From Myxococcota bacterium (lineage in GTDB: Bacteria; Myxococcota_A; UBA9042; PHBI01; JACKFB01): a DNA stretch of 64,000 nt. The stretch covers positions 16,720-80,719 of the forward strand of contig JBNJGB010000023.1 of the NCBI GenBank assembly GCA_051747385.1, written 5' to 3'. Positions 7,973 through 16,322 of the stretch are shown here, piece by piece; the first letter of the stretch is position 1, and each line of letters begins with the position of its first letter. A model generated the notes under the pieces. That model had not been told where the DNA came from. It made no database searches and worked only from the letters and a program-made list of their open reading frames with translations. The position numbers were made by a program, and so were the translations under genes.

Positions 7973-9253
7973 CTAGGCGGGCTCGCGGCCGATCGTGGCG
8001 CCGAGGGCGCGCAGCTTCGCGTCGACGCCTTCGTAGCCGCGGTCGATCTGGCGGATGTTGTAGATGGTCGACGTCCCCTTCGCCGCCAGGGCCGCGATGA
8101 GCAGCGCCATGCCGGCGCGGACGTCCGGGCTCTCGAGGGTGGCCCCATAGAGCTGGGACGGCCCGACCACCACGATGCGGTGGGGATCGCAGAGGATGAT
8201 GCTGGCGCCCATGGAGATGAGGGCGTCCGTGAAGAACATCCGGCCCTCGAACATCTTCTCGAAGAACAGCACCGTCCCGTCGCACTGGGTCGCCACGGTG
8301 ATGGCGATGGACATGAGGTCCGTCGGGAAGTGCGGCCAGGGCGCGTCGTCGACGCGCGGGATGGCCCCGTGGAGATCGCGCCGCACGGCCAGGGGCTGAT
8401 CCGGGTGGATGCGCAGGTAGTCGTCGCCCACCTCCGGGGAGATGCCCAGGCGCGCGAAGGTGTGGAGGATCATCCGAAGCTCCCGGGGTCGGACGTCCGC
8501 GATGGTGATGTCCGAGCGGGTCACCGCCGCGAGGCCCATGAAGCTGCCGATCTCCAGGTAGTCCGGCCCGATGCGGTGGGTCGTGCCGTGCAGCCGGCGC
8601 GCCCCGGTGACCCGGAGCGTGTTCGTCCCGATGCCGCTTATCTCCGCGCCCATGGACACCAGCATCCGGCACAGGCCCTGGACGTGGGGCTCGCAGGCGG
8701 CGTTCAGGATGGTCGTGGTGCCCTCGGCGCGGGCGGCGGCCATGACGATGTTCTCGGTGGCCGTCACCGACTGCTCGTCCAGGAAGATCTCCGCACCCTT
8801 CAGGCCGTCCCCCTTCAGGACGTAGGTCTCGCCCACCTCCAGGGCGGCGCCGAGGGCCTCCAGTCCGAGGAAGTGCGTGTCCAGGCGCCGGCGGCCGATC
8901 ACGTCGCCGCCGGGAGGGGGAAGCTCCACCTCGCCCATGCGCCCCAGCATCGGCCCCGCGAACAGGATGGAGGCCCGGATCCGCCGACAGAGCGTCGGAT
9001 CGAGCGTCGTCCCCTTCACCTCCGGCGTGGTGACCCGCACCGTGTCGTCCGCCAGGCGCTCCACCTTGCTGCCCATGGCCTCGAGGACCTGGAGCATGAT
9101 CTGGACGTCCGCGATGTCCGGGAGGTTCTTGAGGATCACCGGCTCCGGCGTCAGCAGGCAGGCCGCCAGGACGGGCAGGGCCTCGTTCTTGCTGCCGCTC
9201 GGGCGCACGGTGCCCTCCAGCGACTTCCCTCCCTCGATGACGAAGCGTTCCAT
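7973..9253 (-). CDS. murA: UDP-N-acetylglucosamine 1-carboxyvinyltransferase
   Basis: MERFVIEGGKSLEGTVRPSGSKNEALPVLAACLLT..., 426 aa. Length and N-terminal signature are typical of MurA. Confidence 0.93.
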   Translation of the reverse strand: MERFVIEGGKSLEGTVRPSGSKNEALPVLAACLLTPEPVILKNLPDIADVQIMLQVLEAMGSKVERLADDTVRVTTPEVKGTTLDPTLCRRIRASILFAGPMLGRMGEVELPPPGGDVIGRRRLDTHFLGLEALGAALEVGETYVLKGDGLKGAEIFLDEQSVTATENIVMAAARAEGTTTILNAACEPHVQGLCRMLVSMGAEISGIGTNTLRVTGARRLHGTTHRIGPDYLEIGSFMGLAAVTRSDITIADVRPRELRMILHTFARLGISPEVGDDYLRIHPDQPLAVRRDLHGAIPRVDDAPWPHFPTDLMSIAITVATQCDGTVLFFEKMFEGRMFFTDALISMGASIILCDPHRIVVVGPSQLYGATLESPDVRAGMALLIAALAAKGTSTIYNIRQIDRGYEGVDAKLRALGATIGREPA

Positions 9254-9293
9254 GGTCTCCCCGAGCCGGCTTGAACGTGGTCGTGATCGACCC

Positions 9294-10418
9294 CTACGCG
9301 GTCGCCTCGTCTACCACCTCGATCGCGCCGCCCGCCACCCGGAAGACCCGGGAGGCCCCCTCCACGCGAATCCAGGCGCGATCGGTCGTGGTGATGAACA
9401 CCTGCCCGCCGGCGTGGTCCAAAAAGCGCATGAGCTGGGCGTTCCGCTCCCGGTCCAGCTCGCTGGAGACGTCGTCCAGCAGGAGGACGGGCGGCCCGCC
9501 GAGGACGGTCTCCGCGAGCTGGAGCTCCGCGATCTTCAGGGCGAGGGCGAAGGCCCGGTGCTGCCCCTGGCTGGCGTGGATCCGCGCCGGGTGGCCGTCC
9601 AGGGTGAACACCAGGTCGTCCACGTGGGGCCCGGAGCCGGTGTAGCCGCGGCGACGATCCCGCTGGAGCGTCCGCTGGGAGCGCTCCCGCAACCGCCCGG
9701 CCAGCGCGGCCTCGTCCAGGCCCTCCTCGACGCCCCGGGCTCCGTCGTAGCGGACGCCGAGCTCGTGATCCCCGCCGGTGATGCGCCGGAACGCCTCCTC
9801 GAAGACGGGCCGGAAGCCGGCGAGGAAGCGGAGGCGACGATCCAGCACCCGCGCGCCGCGCCTCACCAGCTCCTCGTCGAAGCTCTCGAGCACGGACGGG
9901 GCCAGCGCGCCGTCGGGAGCCTCCCGCAGGAGCCGGTTCCGGCTCCGGAGCGCCCGGACGTAGGCCCGCATGTCGTCGAGATAGGCCGGGTAGAGGTTGA
10001 AGATGGCCCGATCGAGGAATCTCCGGCGCTCGCCGGGTCCGCCCTTGGTGAGGGCCAGGTCCTCCGGGCCGAAGATCACCACGTGGAGGTGGCCGAAGTA
10101 CTCGGTCAGGCGCGGGACGGTCTTGCCGTCGACGGCCGCGCGCTTGCCCTTCGGGGTGAGCTCCACCCCCATCTTCCGGACGACGCCGCGGCGCTCCACC
10201 TCGCCCCGGACCCAGGCGGACTCGGCGTCCCAGCGGACGAGCATCCGCGTCTTGGACTCCCGGAAGCTCTGCAGCGTACCCAGGAGATAGATCGCCTCCA
10301 GGAGGTTCGTCTTCCCCTGCCCGTTGTTCCCCTCGAGGATGTTGAAGCGGGGGTGCGGGTCCAGCCTCAGGGGCTCCAGGTTCCGGAAGTTCTCGCACTC
10401 GAGGGCGAGGAGGTGCAC
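9294..10418 (-). CDS. recF: DNA replication/repair protein RecF
   Basis: Track ORF 9294..11183 is an artefactual read-through into dnaN. RecF starts at GTG 10418: (M)HLLALECENFRNLEPLRLDPHPRFNILEGNNGQGKTNLLEAIYLL, with Walker A. The C-terminal LLLDDVSSELD motif is present. Confidence 0.9.
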   Translation of the reverse strand: MHLLALECENFRNLEPLRLDPHPRFNILEGNNGQGKTNLLEAIYLLGTLQSFRESKTRMLVRWDAESAWVRGEVERRGVVRKMGVELTPKGKRAAVDGKTVPRLTEYFGHLHVVIFGPEDLALTKGGPGERRRFLDRAIFNLYPAYLDDMRAYVRALRSRNRLLREAPDGALAPSVLESFDEELVRRGARVLDRRLRFLAGFRPVFEEAFRRITGGDHELGVRYDGARGVEEGLDEAALAGRLRERSQRTLQRDRRRGYTGSGPHVDDLVFTLDGHPARIHASQGQHRAFALALKIAELQLAETVLGGPPVLLLDDVSSELDRERNAQLMRFLDHAGGQVFITTTDRAWIRVEGASRVFRVAGGAIEVVDEATA

Positions 10419-10435
10419 TCGGGCTCCCTGGCTCC

Positions 10436-11569
10436 TCAGATGCGCATGGGCATGACGACGAACAGCGCGCCCGGCTCGTCGGGGGCCGTGACGACCGTCG
10501 GGCTGAACGCGTCGTTGCACTCCAGGAGGACCTTGTCGCCCTTGAGCACGTTCAGGACCTCGAGGAGGTAGACGTAGTTGTAGCCGACCACGAGGCCTTC
10601 GCCGTCGTAGTCCACCTCGATCTCGTCTCGGCCCTCGCCGTAGTCGGGGTTCGACGTGGTGAAGGCCATCTTGCCCGGCCCGAGCTCCATCTTGACGATG
10701 TAGGTCTTGCTGCTCGTCAGGATGGCGATGCGGCGGACCGCCTGGATCATCGCCTTGCGGTCGACCTCCACCTTCACCGGGCTGCTCGGCGGGATGACCC
10801 GCTCGTAGTCCGGGTAGGTGTCCTCGATCTGGCGGACGGTGAACGTGGTTCCACCGGCGCGGAAGAGGATGTAACCCTCCGCGAAGCCGACCTGGACCGT
10901 GTCGTCGTCGCCCTCGAGCAGGCGCCGGACCTCCTGGACGCCCTTCTTGTGGACGATGGCCTGGTGCTGGGAGCCCTCGTAGCCCTCGATCTCCACGTCG
11001 GTCTCCACCTGGGAGAGGCGGTGGCCGTCGGTGGACACCATGGTGAGGCGCGCGCGGCCCTCCTCGCCGGGACCCACCTTGAAGAAGACGCCGTTGAGGT
11101 TCATCCGCGTCTCGTCGTCGGACACCGAGAAGGCGGTCTTCTCCACGAGGTCCTTCAAGGTCCCCCTGGGGATGCCCAACCACTGGACCTCCGTGGGGGC
11201 GGCGATCTCCGGGAAGTCGTCCGGGTTGATGCCCGCGAGCTTGAAGGTGCTCCGGCCGGCGGTCACCTCCACCCAGTGGTTGTCGAGGGTGCGGAGGTGG
11301 ACGGACGGGGAGTCGAGGCTCTTGACCACGTCGAACAGGCTCTTGCCGTTGATGCAGGCGGTCCCACCCTGCAGCACCTTCGCCTTCAGGTCCGCCTGCA
11401 GGACCACGTCGTAGTCCGTACCCGTGATCTTCACCGTGCCGTCTCCGGCCGGCTCCACCAGCAGGTGGCTGAGCACGTTCACCGTGCTCTTGCGGTCGAC
11501 GACGCCCTGGGCCTTGTAGAGGGTGCCCAGGAAGGCGGTTCGGTCGATCTCCATCTCGAGCGTCGCCAT
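10436..11569 (-). CDS. dnaN: DNA polymerase III beta sliding clamp
   Basis: MATLEMEIDRTAFLGTLYKAQGVVDRKSTVNVLSHLLVE..., 377 aa, ending FVVMPMRI. Confidence 0.95.
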   Translation of the reverse strand: MATLEMEIDRTAFLGTLYKAQGVVDRKSTVNVLSHLLVEPAGDGTVKITGTDYDVVLQADLKAKVLQGGTACINGKSLFDVVKSLDSPSVHLRTLDNHWVEVTAGRSTFKLAGINPDDFPEIAAPTEVQWLGIPRGTLKDLVEKTAFSVSDDETRMNLNGVFFKVGPGEEGRARLTMVSTDGHRLSQVETDVEIEGYEGSQHQAIVHKKGVQEVRRLLEGDDDTVQVGFAEGYILFRAGGTTFTVRQIEDTYPDYERVIPPSSPVKVEVDRKAMIQAVRRIAILTSSKTYIVKMELGPGKMAFTTSNPDYGEGRDEIEVDYDGEGLVVGYNYVYLLEVLNVLKGDKVLLECNDAFSPTVVTAPDEPGALFVVMPMRI

Positions 11570-11639
11570 GGCGTGCTCACCTCGTGCCGGGGGATCCGCG
11601 CGCTACGCTACGTTCCGTGGGGAACGGTCTATAGCAGAG

Positions 11640-12010
11640 GGATGGTCAGTCGGGAAAGTAGGCCCTGTGGACGATGTGGATGCCGGCCGCAGGTCACCGG
11701 GATCAAAGTGCATCCTCTGCCTCTGGAGATGTGGACAACCCTGGGGAGGAGTCCGAGCGCTTCTTGTGGATCATTCGGTGGCCCGAGTCGTCCCCAGTCG
11801 ATCCACCGTCTCCCCACAGGCTCTCCACGCGTAATCCACAGGGCCCTGTGGAAAGATCGCAAGTGACCGATTTTCTTGACGCCGCCTCCGGGATCCCGGG
11901 GAGGCCCCCAGACCCGTGAACATGGGACGGAGGGCGGCCGAGTGGGTGCTCGGTCCCCAGCTGGAGGAAATCCACAGGCCTGTGGAAAACCCGTGTGGAG
12001 TGTCCGTCGT
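11640..12010. other. candidate chromosomal replication origin (oriC): cluster of DnaA-box-like 9-mers
   Basis: Nine TGTGGA/TCCACA 9-mers: 11666-11674 TGTGGACGA, 11675-11683 TGTGGATGC, 11730-11738 TGTGGACAA (the complement of TTGTCCACA), 11765-11773 TGTGGATCA, 11832-11840 TAATCCACA, 11847-11855 TGTGGAAAG, 11968-11976 AAATCCACA, 11981-11989 TGTGGAAAA, 11994-12002 TGTGGAGTG. The region is non-coding and lies between dnaA and dnaN. Confidence 0.7.
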
Positions 12011-12264
12011 CCGGAGGGGTTACGGGGGTTTCCAGTCGACGATCCGCTCCCGCCGGGGTATCCGCTGCGCGGACGAGGACGCCCACGGTCCCGGGCACCG
12101 GTCGCGTGTCCTGGGACGGCGGGCTTCCAGCCCGCCAGACGTGCCGTGGCTCACGGCTGGGCTGGGACAGCCTGGGCCCCCTCCGGCTCCCGACGGTCGC
12201 CGGAGAATCAGCAGGTTCGGCGGAGGGTTCTCGAGCGTCGAGATGCGCGGAAGCGGCCGGGAAG

Positions 12265-13446
12265 GATGCAGACACGACCCGGTACCTGGTGATCCACGCA
12301 CACTTCGTTCGGCTGTGTACGGACGAGGGCATCGCTGGCCCGGGTGATGCGGTGTGGGGCACGGACAGCACACCCATGTGGTGCTACGGCGCGGCGCTCG
12401 ACACGGTGCGCCTGCTCGGCGACGGCGTGCGCCGGTTGGCGCGACTGTAGGCACGAGCCCGCAAGGTCGGCGTCCTTGGGGTGGCCGAGGACTGGGCTCT
12501 GGGCGAGCTGGTCGCCGCCAAGAGCACCAAGGGGGGCATCGATGTCGACTGGCACGATCGTGAGGCCCGGGCGGATGTGCTCGATGCCCTCGCTCGGGGT
12601 GTCGTCGGGGCCGTCGAAGACGTGCGGCGTCATGTGATGGAAGTACCCCGCAGCAAGCGAAAGAGGCTGCTCAAGCTCTGCCGCCACCTGCTGATGGTGA
12701 TCGACCAGAACCTCGAAAGCGATGAACAAGGGCGCCTGATCGTGGCCCGGAAAGTGGCTCCAGGTCGCCTCGCGAGCCTGACCGACCCGGAAGCCCGACA
12801 TGGACGGAAGAGCCACGGTCACGCCTCGACTCGTGCGCCGGGCCAAAGAGCTGCTCGACGGGTTCGAGCAACTCCTGGCGGATACGGCCTACGGGGCGCG
12901 CAGCTCCGGCATGAACTCGCACACGTCCCCGGTGTCCACGTCCTGGCCCCGCCTCCGGTCGGCGGCCATCCGAAGGGGCGCCTGGCGAAGCAGGACTTCT
13001 CGATCGACTTCGGCGAGCAGAGAGCGACGTGTCCCCAGGGTGTGGCGGCGACCAGCCGGGACATGATCCGAGACGCCGAGCACAAGCGGCTCGCGTGGCG
13101 CTTCCACTGGAGCCGCGAGGACTGCGATGAGTGCCCACTGCGGGACCTGTGCTTGGCCCGGGGGGCCCGGCGCAAACGCCTGAAGTTCCACGCCTACGAG
13201 CGTGAGCTCCGCCGGGCGAGAGATGACTGGGACGACCCGGAAGTTCGGCGCGCCTACAAGCAACGCAGCCAGCATGAACGCCTGATCAACCGCCTTACCC
13301 GTCATGGGGCCCGCAAGGCCCGCTCTTGGGGTTTATCCCCTGCCAACTGCCAGGCCCATGCGATCGCCATGGCCGGAAACCTCACCCTGCTCGCACGGCG
13401 CCTCGCCGAATTCGACAAGCCTCCGGCCCTTGCTCACGTCGCGTAG
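12265..13446 (+). mobile_element. decayed IS transposase remnant (IS5/IS1182-like DDE transposase; 5'-truncated, in-frame stop, frameshifts, internal deletion)
   Basis: Transposase-like pieces lie in two reading frames. (1) ...VWGTDSTPMWCYGAALDTVRLLGDGVRRLARL, ending at TAG 12448-12450. (2) SLTDPEARHGRKS, then ELLDGFEQLLADTAYGA in another frame (12800-frame). (3) Back to ...DFSIDFGEQRATCPQG...CDECPLRDLC...YKQRSQHERLINRLTRHGARKARSWGL...AGNLTLLARRL. The family assignment is from memory of IS1182-type C-termini. Confidence 0.7.
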
Positions 13447-13583
13447 ACTCCACCACCGACCACGACGACAACGCCAGCCACACACGAAATCGCCGGCCGT
13501 TTCGCCGAGGCGCACAGCTGCGCCCGCTACCAGCCGGATGCAGGCCGTCTCAGGACCCAGGAAACGACAAACGCCGAACGCTG

Positions 13584-14933
13584 CTAGCGCATCAGCTCGT
13601 TGCGCAGGCCGTCGATGCGGCCCCGGAGGTCGGGGTCGGCCGTGCGGAGCTTCTCGATGCGCTTGAGCGCGCTCATGACCGTCGTGTGGTCGCGGCCGCC
13701 GAAGAGCTGGCCGATGTGCGGGAGCGACGAGTCCGTCAGCTCCCGGATGAGGAACATGGCCACCTGGCGGGGCACCGTGATGTGGCGGTGGCGCCGGGGG
13801 CCCTTCAGGTCGCCGATCTTCACCTGGAACTCGCGGGAGGTGGCCTCGATGATGGTCTCGGGCGCCACCTGCTTCATGTTCTGCTCGACCACGTCGCCGA
13901 GCACCGCGTGGGCCATGTCCTCGGTGATGCGCCGCTGGAGGAGCTCCGCGTGGGCGGCCAGGCGCATCAGCGCGCCCTCCAGCTCCCGGACGTTCCGGGT
14001 GATGTGGCGGGCGAGGAGCATGGCCACGTCCTCGTCCATGTCGATCCCGTCCGCCTCGGCCTTGCGCTCCAGGATGGCGACGCGGGTCTCGAAGCCCGGG
14101 GGCTTGATGTCCGCGATGAGCCCCCACTGGAGCCGGGATCGCAGCCGCTCCTCCATGTCGGGGATCGACTGGGGCACCTGATCACTCGTCATCACGATCT
14201 GCTTGTGAGCCGAGTGCAGGGTGTTGAACATGTGAAAGAACTCCTCCTGGGTGCGATCCTTGCCCGCGATGAACTGGATGTCGTCGATGAGCAGCACGTC
14301 GCAGTCGTCGCGGTAGCTCGCCCGGAAGGCGTCCATCTCGTTGTTCCGGATGGCCCCGATGAGGTCGTTCACGTAGCTCTCGGACGTGACGTAGGTCACC
14401 CGGGCCGTGGGATCGGCCTCCAGGACTGCGTGGCCGACCGCGTGCAGCAGGTGCGTCTTGCCCAGGCCCACGCCCCCGTAGATGAACATCGGGTTGTAGC
14501 GGGTCCCCGGGCTCTCTGCGATGGCCCGGGCTGCGGTCTTGGCGAAGCGGCAGTTGGGCCCGTCCACGAACGTCTCGAAGCGATAGCGCGCCACCAGGTC
14601 GGGTTGTCCGGCGGGCGAGGCGGTCCGCGGAGACCCTGGGGACCCCCTCCCGACGAGGTGGAGCGCGGCCTGCTCCGGCTGCGGACCGGGTACGTCCGGG
14701 CTGCGGAAGGTGACGTCGTAGTCCTCCTTCGTCAGCTCCCGAAGCTGGGACCGTATCTCGGGGAGGAAGTTCTCCTCCAGGCAGCGCCCGTGCGAGTCGT
14801 CGGGGACGGACAGGACGATCTCGCAGCGATCGTAGTCCACCTCGTCACAGCGGACGGGCCGGATCCAGTGCATGAAGTCGTATGGGCTGACGGACGCCTG
14901 GAGCGCGCGTACGGCTTTGTCCCACAGGTCCAA
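13584..14933 (-). CDS. dnaA: chromosomal replication initiator protein DnaA
   Basis: Walker A GGVGLGKTHLLHA, Walker B LLIDDIQF, and the C-terminal DNA-binding domain ...HITVPRQVAMFLIRELTDSSLPHIGQLFGGRDHTTVMSALKRIEKL. The track ORF extends to 15467, but the first ~175 aa are R/S/P-rich and unlike DnaA. Domain I begins at (L)DLWDKAVRALQASVSPYDFMHWIRPV, so I place the start at TTG 14933 (GAGG 6 nt upstream). GTG 15017 is an alternative. Confidence 0.9.
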   Translation of the reverse strand: MDLWDKAVRALQASVSPYDFMHWIRPVRCDEVDYDRCEIVLSVPDDSHGRCLEENFLPEIRSQLRELTKEDYDVTFRSPDVPGPQPEQAALHLVGRGSPGSPRTASPAGQPDLVARYRFETFVDGPNCRFAKTAARAIAESPGTRYNPMFIYGGVGLGKTHLLHAVGHAVLEADPTARVTYVTSESYVNDLIGAIRNNEMDAFRASYRDDCDVLLIDDIQFIAGKDRTQEEFFHMFNTLHSAHKQIVMTSDQVPQSIPDMEERLRSRLQWGLIADIKPPGFETRVAILERKAEADGIDMDEDVAMLLARHITRNVRELEGALMRLAAHAELLQRRITEDMAHAVLGDVVEQNMKQVAPETIIEATSREFQVKIGDLKGPRRHRHITVPRQVAMFLIRELTDSSLPHIGQLFGGRDHTTVMSALKRIEKLRTADPDLRGRIDGLRNELMR

Positions 14934-15362
14934 CGGGGGCCTCGATACGTTTTCCGGATGAGTGCAGGAAGGCGCACGTATACACTTCGCGATCCCGGAG
15001 GAATGCGACGGGTGCACACGACTCGGTGGTTGGGGCTCGAACCGGCGGGGCAGTCGGCTGGATCCTGGAGATCGCGCGCCGCGAGGGGTGTCGTCGCCGG
15101 CTCGAGAAGGCGTCGCGTCCCGCGAGAGGAGCGGGGCGCATCGTTTCGAACATCGGAACGGGTAGCAGACGCTTCGTGCAGTGGGCAAGGCCGGCCGGAG
15201 ACCCTCTTCGTACCCCCCGGATGGAACCCCCGGAGATCGGTGTACAAACCCGCGACCAGATCGCGAAACCCTCCCCCGGCGGATCGCCGCTCGGGATCGC
15301 ACTTCTGGATCGCGCTTTGATTCCAGGGAGTTGCAACGGCGGCTCGCGGCCGTGATTGTGGC

Positions 15363-15390
15363 TTGACAGCATCGATCCGCCGTGATTACT
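15363..15390 (+). promoter_or_regulatory. putative sigma-70-type promoter for rpmH
   Basis: Perfect -35 TTGACA at 15363-15368, a 16-nt spacer, then ATTACT at 15385-15390 (3/6 match to TATAAT), about 65 nt upstream of the rpmH start. The -10 is weak. Confidence 0.3.
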
Positions 15391-15456
15391 TCGGCCGCCC
15401 TCCGCGCCAGGGCCATCCGCGGACGCCGACGGCACGGAACGTCGAAGGAGGCAGCT

Positions 15457-15606
15457 TTGAAGCGCACCTACCAGCCCAGGAACCGCAAGCGCGTGAACAA
15501 GCACGGCTATCGTGCACGCAAGGCGACCCACGCCGGTCGCAAGGTGCTCGCCCGCCGCCGCCGGAAGGGCCGCAAGCGGCTGTCTGTCCAGATCCCGCGG
15601 AAGTAG
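15457..15606 (+). CDS. rpmH: 50S ribosomal protein L34
   Basis: TTG start at 15457 with GAAGGAGG 6 nt upstream. It encodes (M)[48 protein letters not shown]. The track ORF 15382..15606 includes an unlikely N-terminal extension. Confidence 0.93.
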   Translation: MKRTYQPRNRKRVNKHGYRARKATHAGRKVLARRRRKGRKRLSVQIPRK

Positions 15607-15622
15607 CGCCCGTCACGCCCTC

Positions 15623-16081
15623 TTGGCCCCGAGCTCCCGCGGCGAGCACGCCCTTCCCCCGGAGAAGCGCCTCAAGGAACGGCGCGACTTCCTGCGGATC
15701 CAGCGTCGCGGCTACCGGGTGTTCGGCCGACGGTTCATCTACTACTTCGCGCGAGGACGCACGGGGCAAAGCCGTATCGGCGTCACGGTCTCGCGGAAGG
15801 TCGGCAACGCCGTCGTCCGGAACCGGATCAAGCGCCTCGTGCGCGAGGTCTTCCGTCAGCACCCCGAGTTCTTCACCGAGCCCACCGACCTGGTGGTCAT
15901 CGCGAAGAAGGGGGTGGACGACTTCAGCTATCACACCATCCGCGACGAGTTCGCTCATGTCATCCCCCGCACCCTCAGGAGGAAGCGCGACGAGAAGCGT
16001 CCTCGGCGCTCCCGTTCGCGCGCTCCGCGGCGCCGATCGGGCCCTGGCCGCGGTGGCTCGCGCGGTGCTGGCGGCGTATAG
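15623..16081 (+). CDS. rnpA: ribonuclease P protein component
   Basis: [65 protein letters not shown] (RNR motif). There is no in-frame ATG after the rpmH stop. TTG 15623 is my proposed start and is uncertain. Confidence 0.85.
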   Translation: MAPSSRGEHALPPEKRLKERRDFLRIQRRGYRVFGRRFIYYFARGRTGQSRIGVTVSRKVGNAVVRNRIKRLVREVFRQHPEFFTEPTDLVVIAKKGVDDFSYHTIRDEFAHVIPRTLRRKRDEKRPRRSRSRAPRRRSGPGRGGSRGAGGV

Positions 16082-16322
16082 CGCCCTCGTCTCTCCGCTC
16101 CTTCCGCCTGCCTGTCGCTTCGCCCCCACCTGCTCCTGCTACGCCCGCGAGGCGTACGCCGTGCACGGGTTCCTCGTCGGGACGTGGCTGACGGTCCGGC
16201 GCCTGGGTCGCTGCCACCCGTGGTGCGAGGGCGGATGGGATCCCGTGCCGGAGGCAGACCCCCTCAAACGAAGATCCGGCCTCCGGGCCCCTGCCGATCC
16301 CCAGGGAATCGAATGTCCATGA
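16053..16322 (+). CDS. yidD: membrane protein insertion efficiency factor YidD
   Basis: [55 protein letters not shown] matches the YidD signature. The proposed GTG 16053 start overlaps the rnpA 3' end, and the 3' end overlaps the yidC start. Confidence 0.85.
   Translation: MARAVLAAYSALVSPLLPPACRFAPTCSCYAREAYAVHGFLVGTWLTVRRLGRCHPWCEGGWDPVPEADPLKRRSGLRAPADPQGIECP

Noticed and set aside
9294-11183. N-terminal extensions of real genes in the longest-ORF track: recF to 11183, dnaA to 15467, jag from 17446, yibQ-like to 21849, ftsE to 23888, yidC from 16184, the 50646 gene to 53204, cluster genes from 31584, 34167, 40010 and 42163, and TPR from 48021.
   Set aside because: The extensions overlap upstream genes, are compositionally junk-like, and end exactly where signal peptides or conserved N-termini begin. 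Those points are often preceded by a Shine-Dalgarno sequence or a 4-nt stop/start overlap. I trimmed the starts accordingly.
15020-15060. tggttggggctcgaaccggcgggg looked like the reverse complement of a tRNA 3' end.
   Set aside because: There is no complementary T-stem (GGGGC versus GGCGG), no acceptor or anticodon arms and no CCA context.
14934-15456. Additional DnaA boxes, or a second origin, in the dnaA-rpmH spacer.
   Set aside because: I found only weak partial matches (e.g. TTCTGGATC, TGTGGCTTG) with three or more mismatches to the consensus. Nothing compares with the 11640-12010 cluster.
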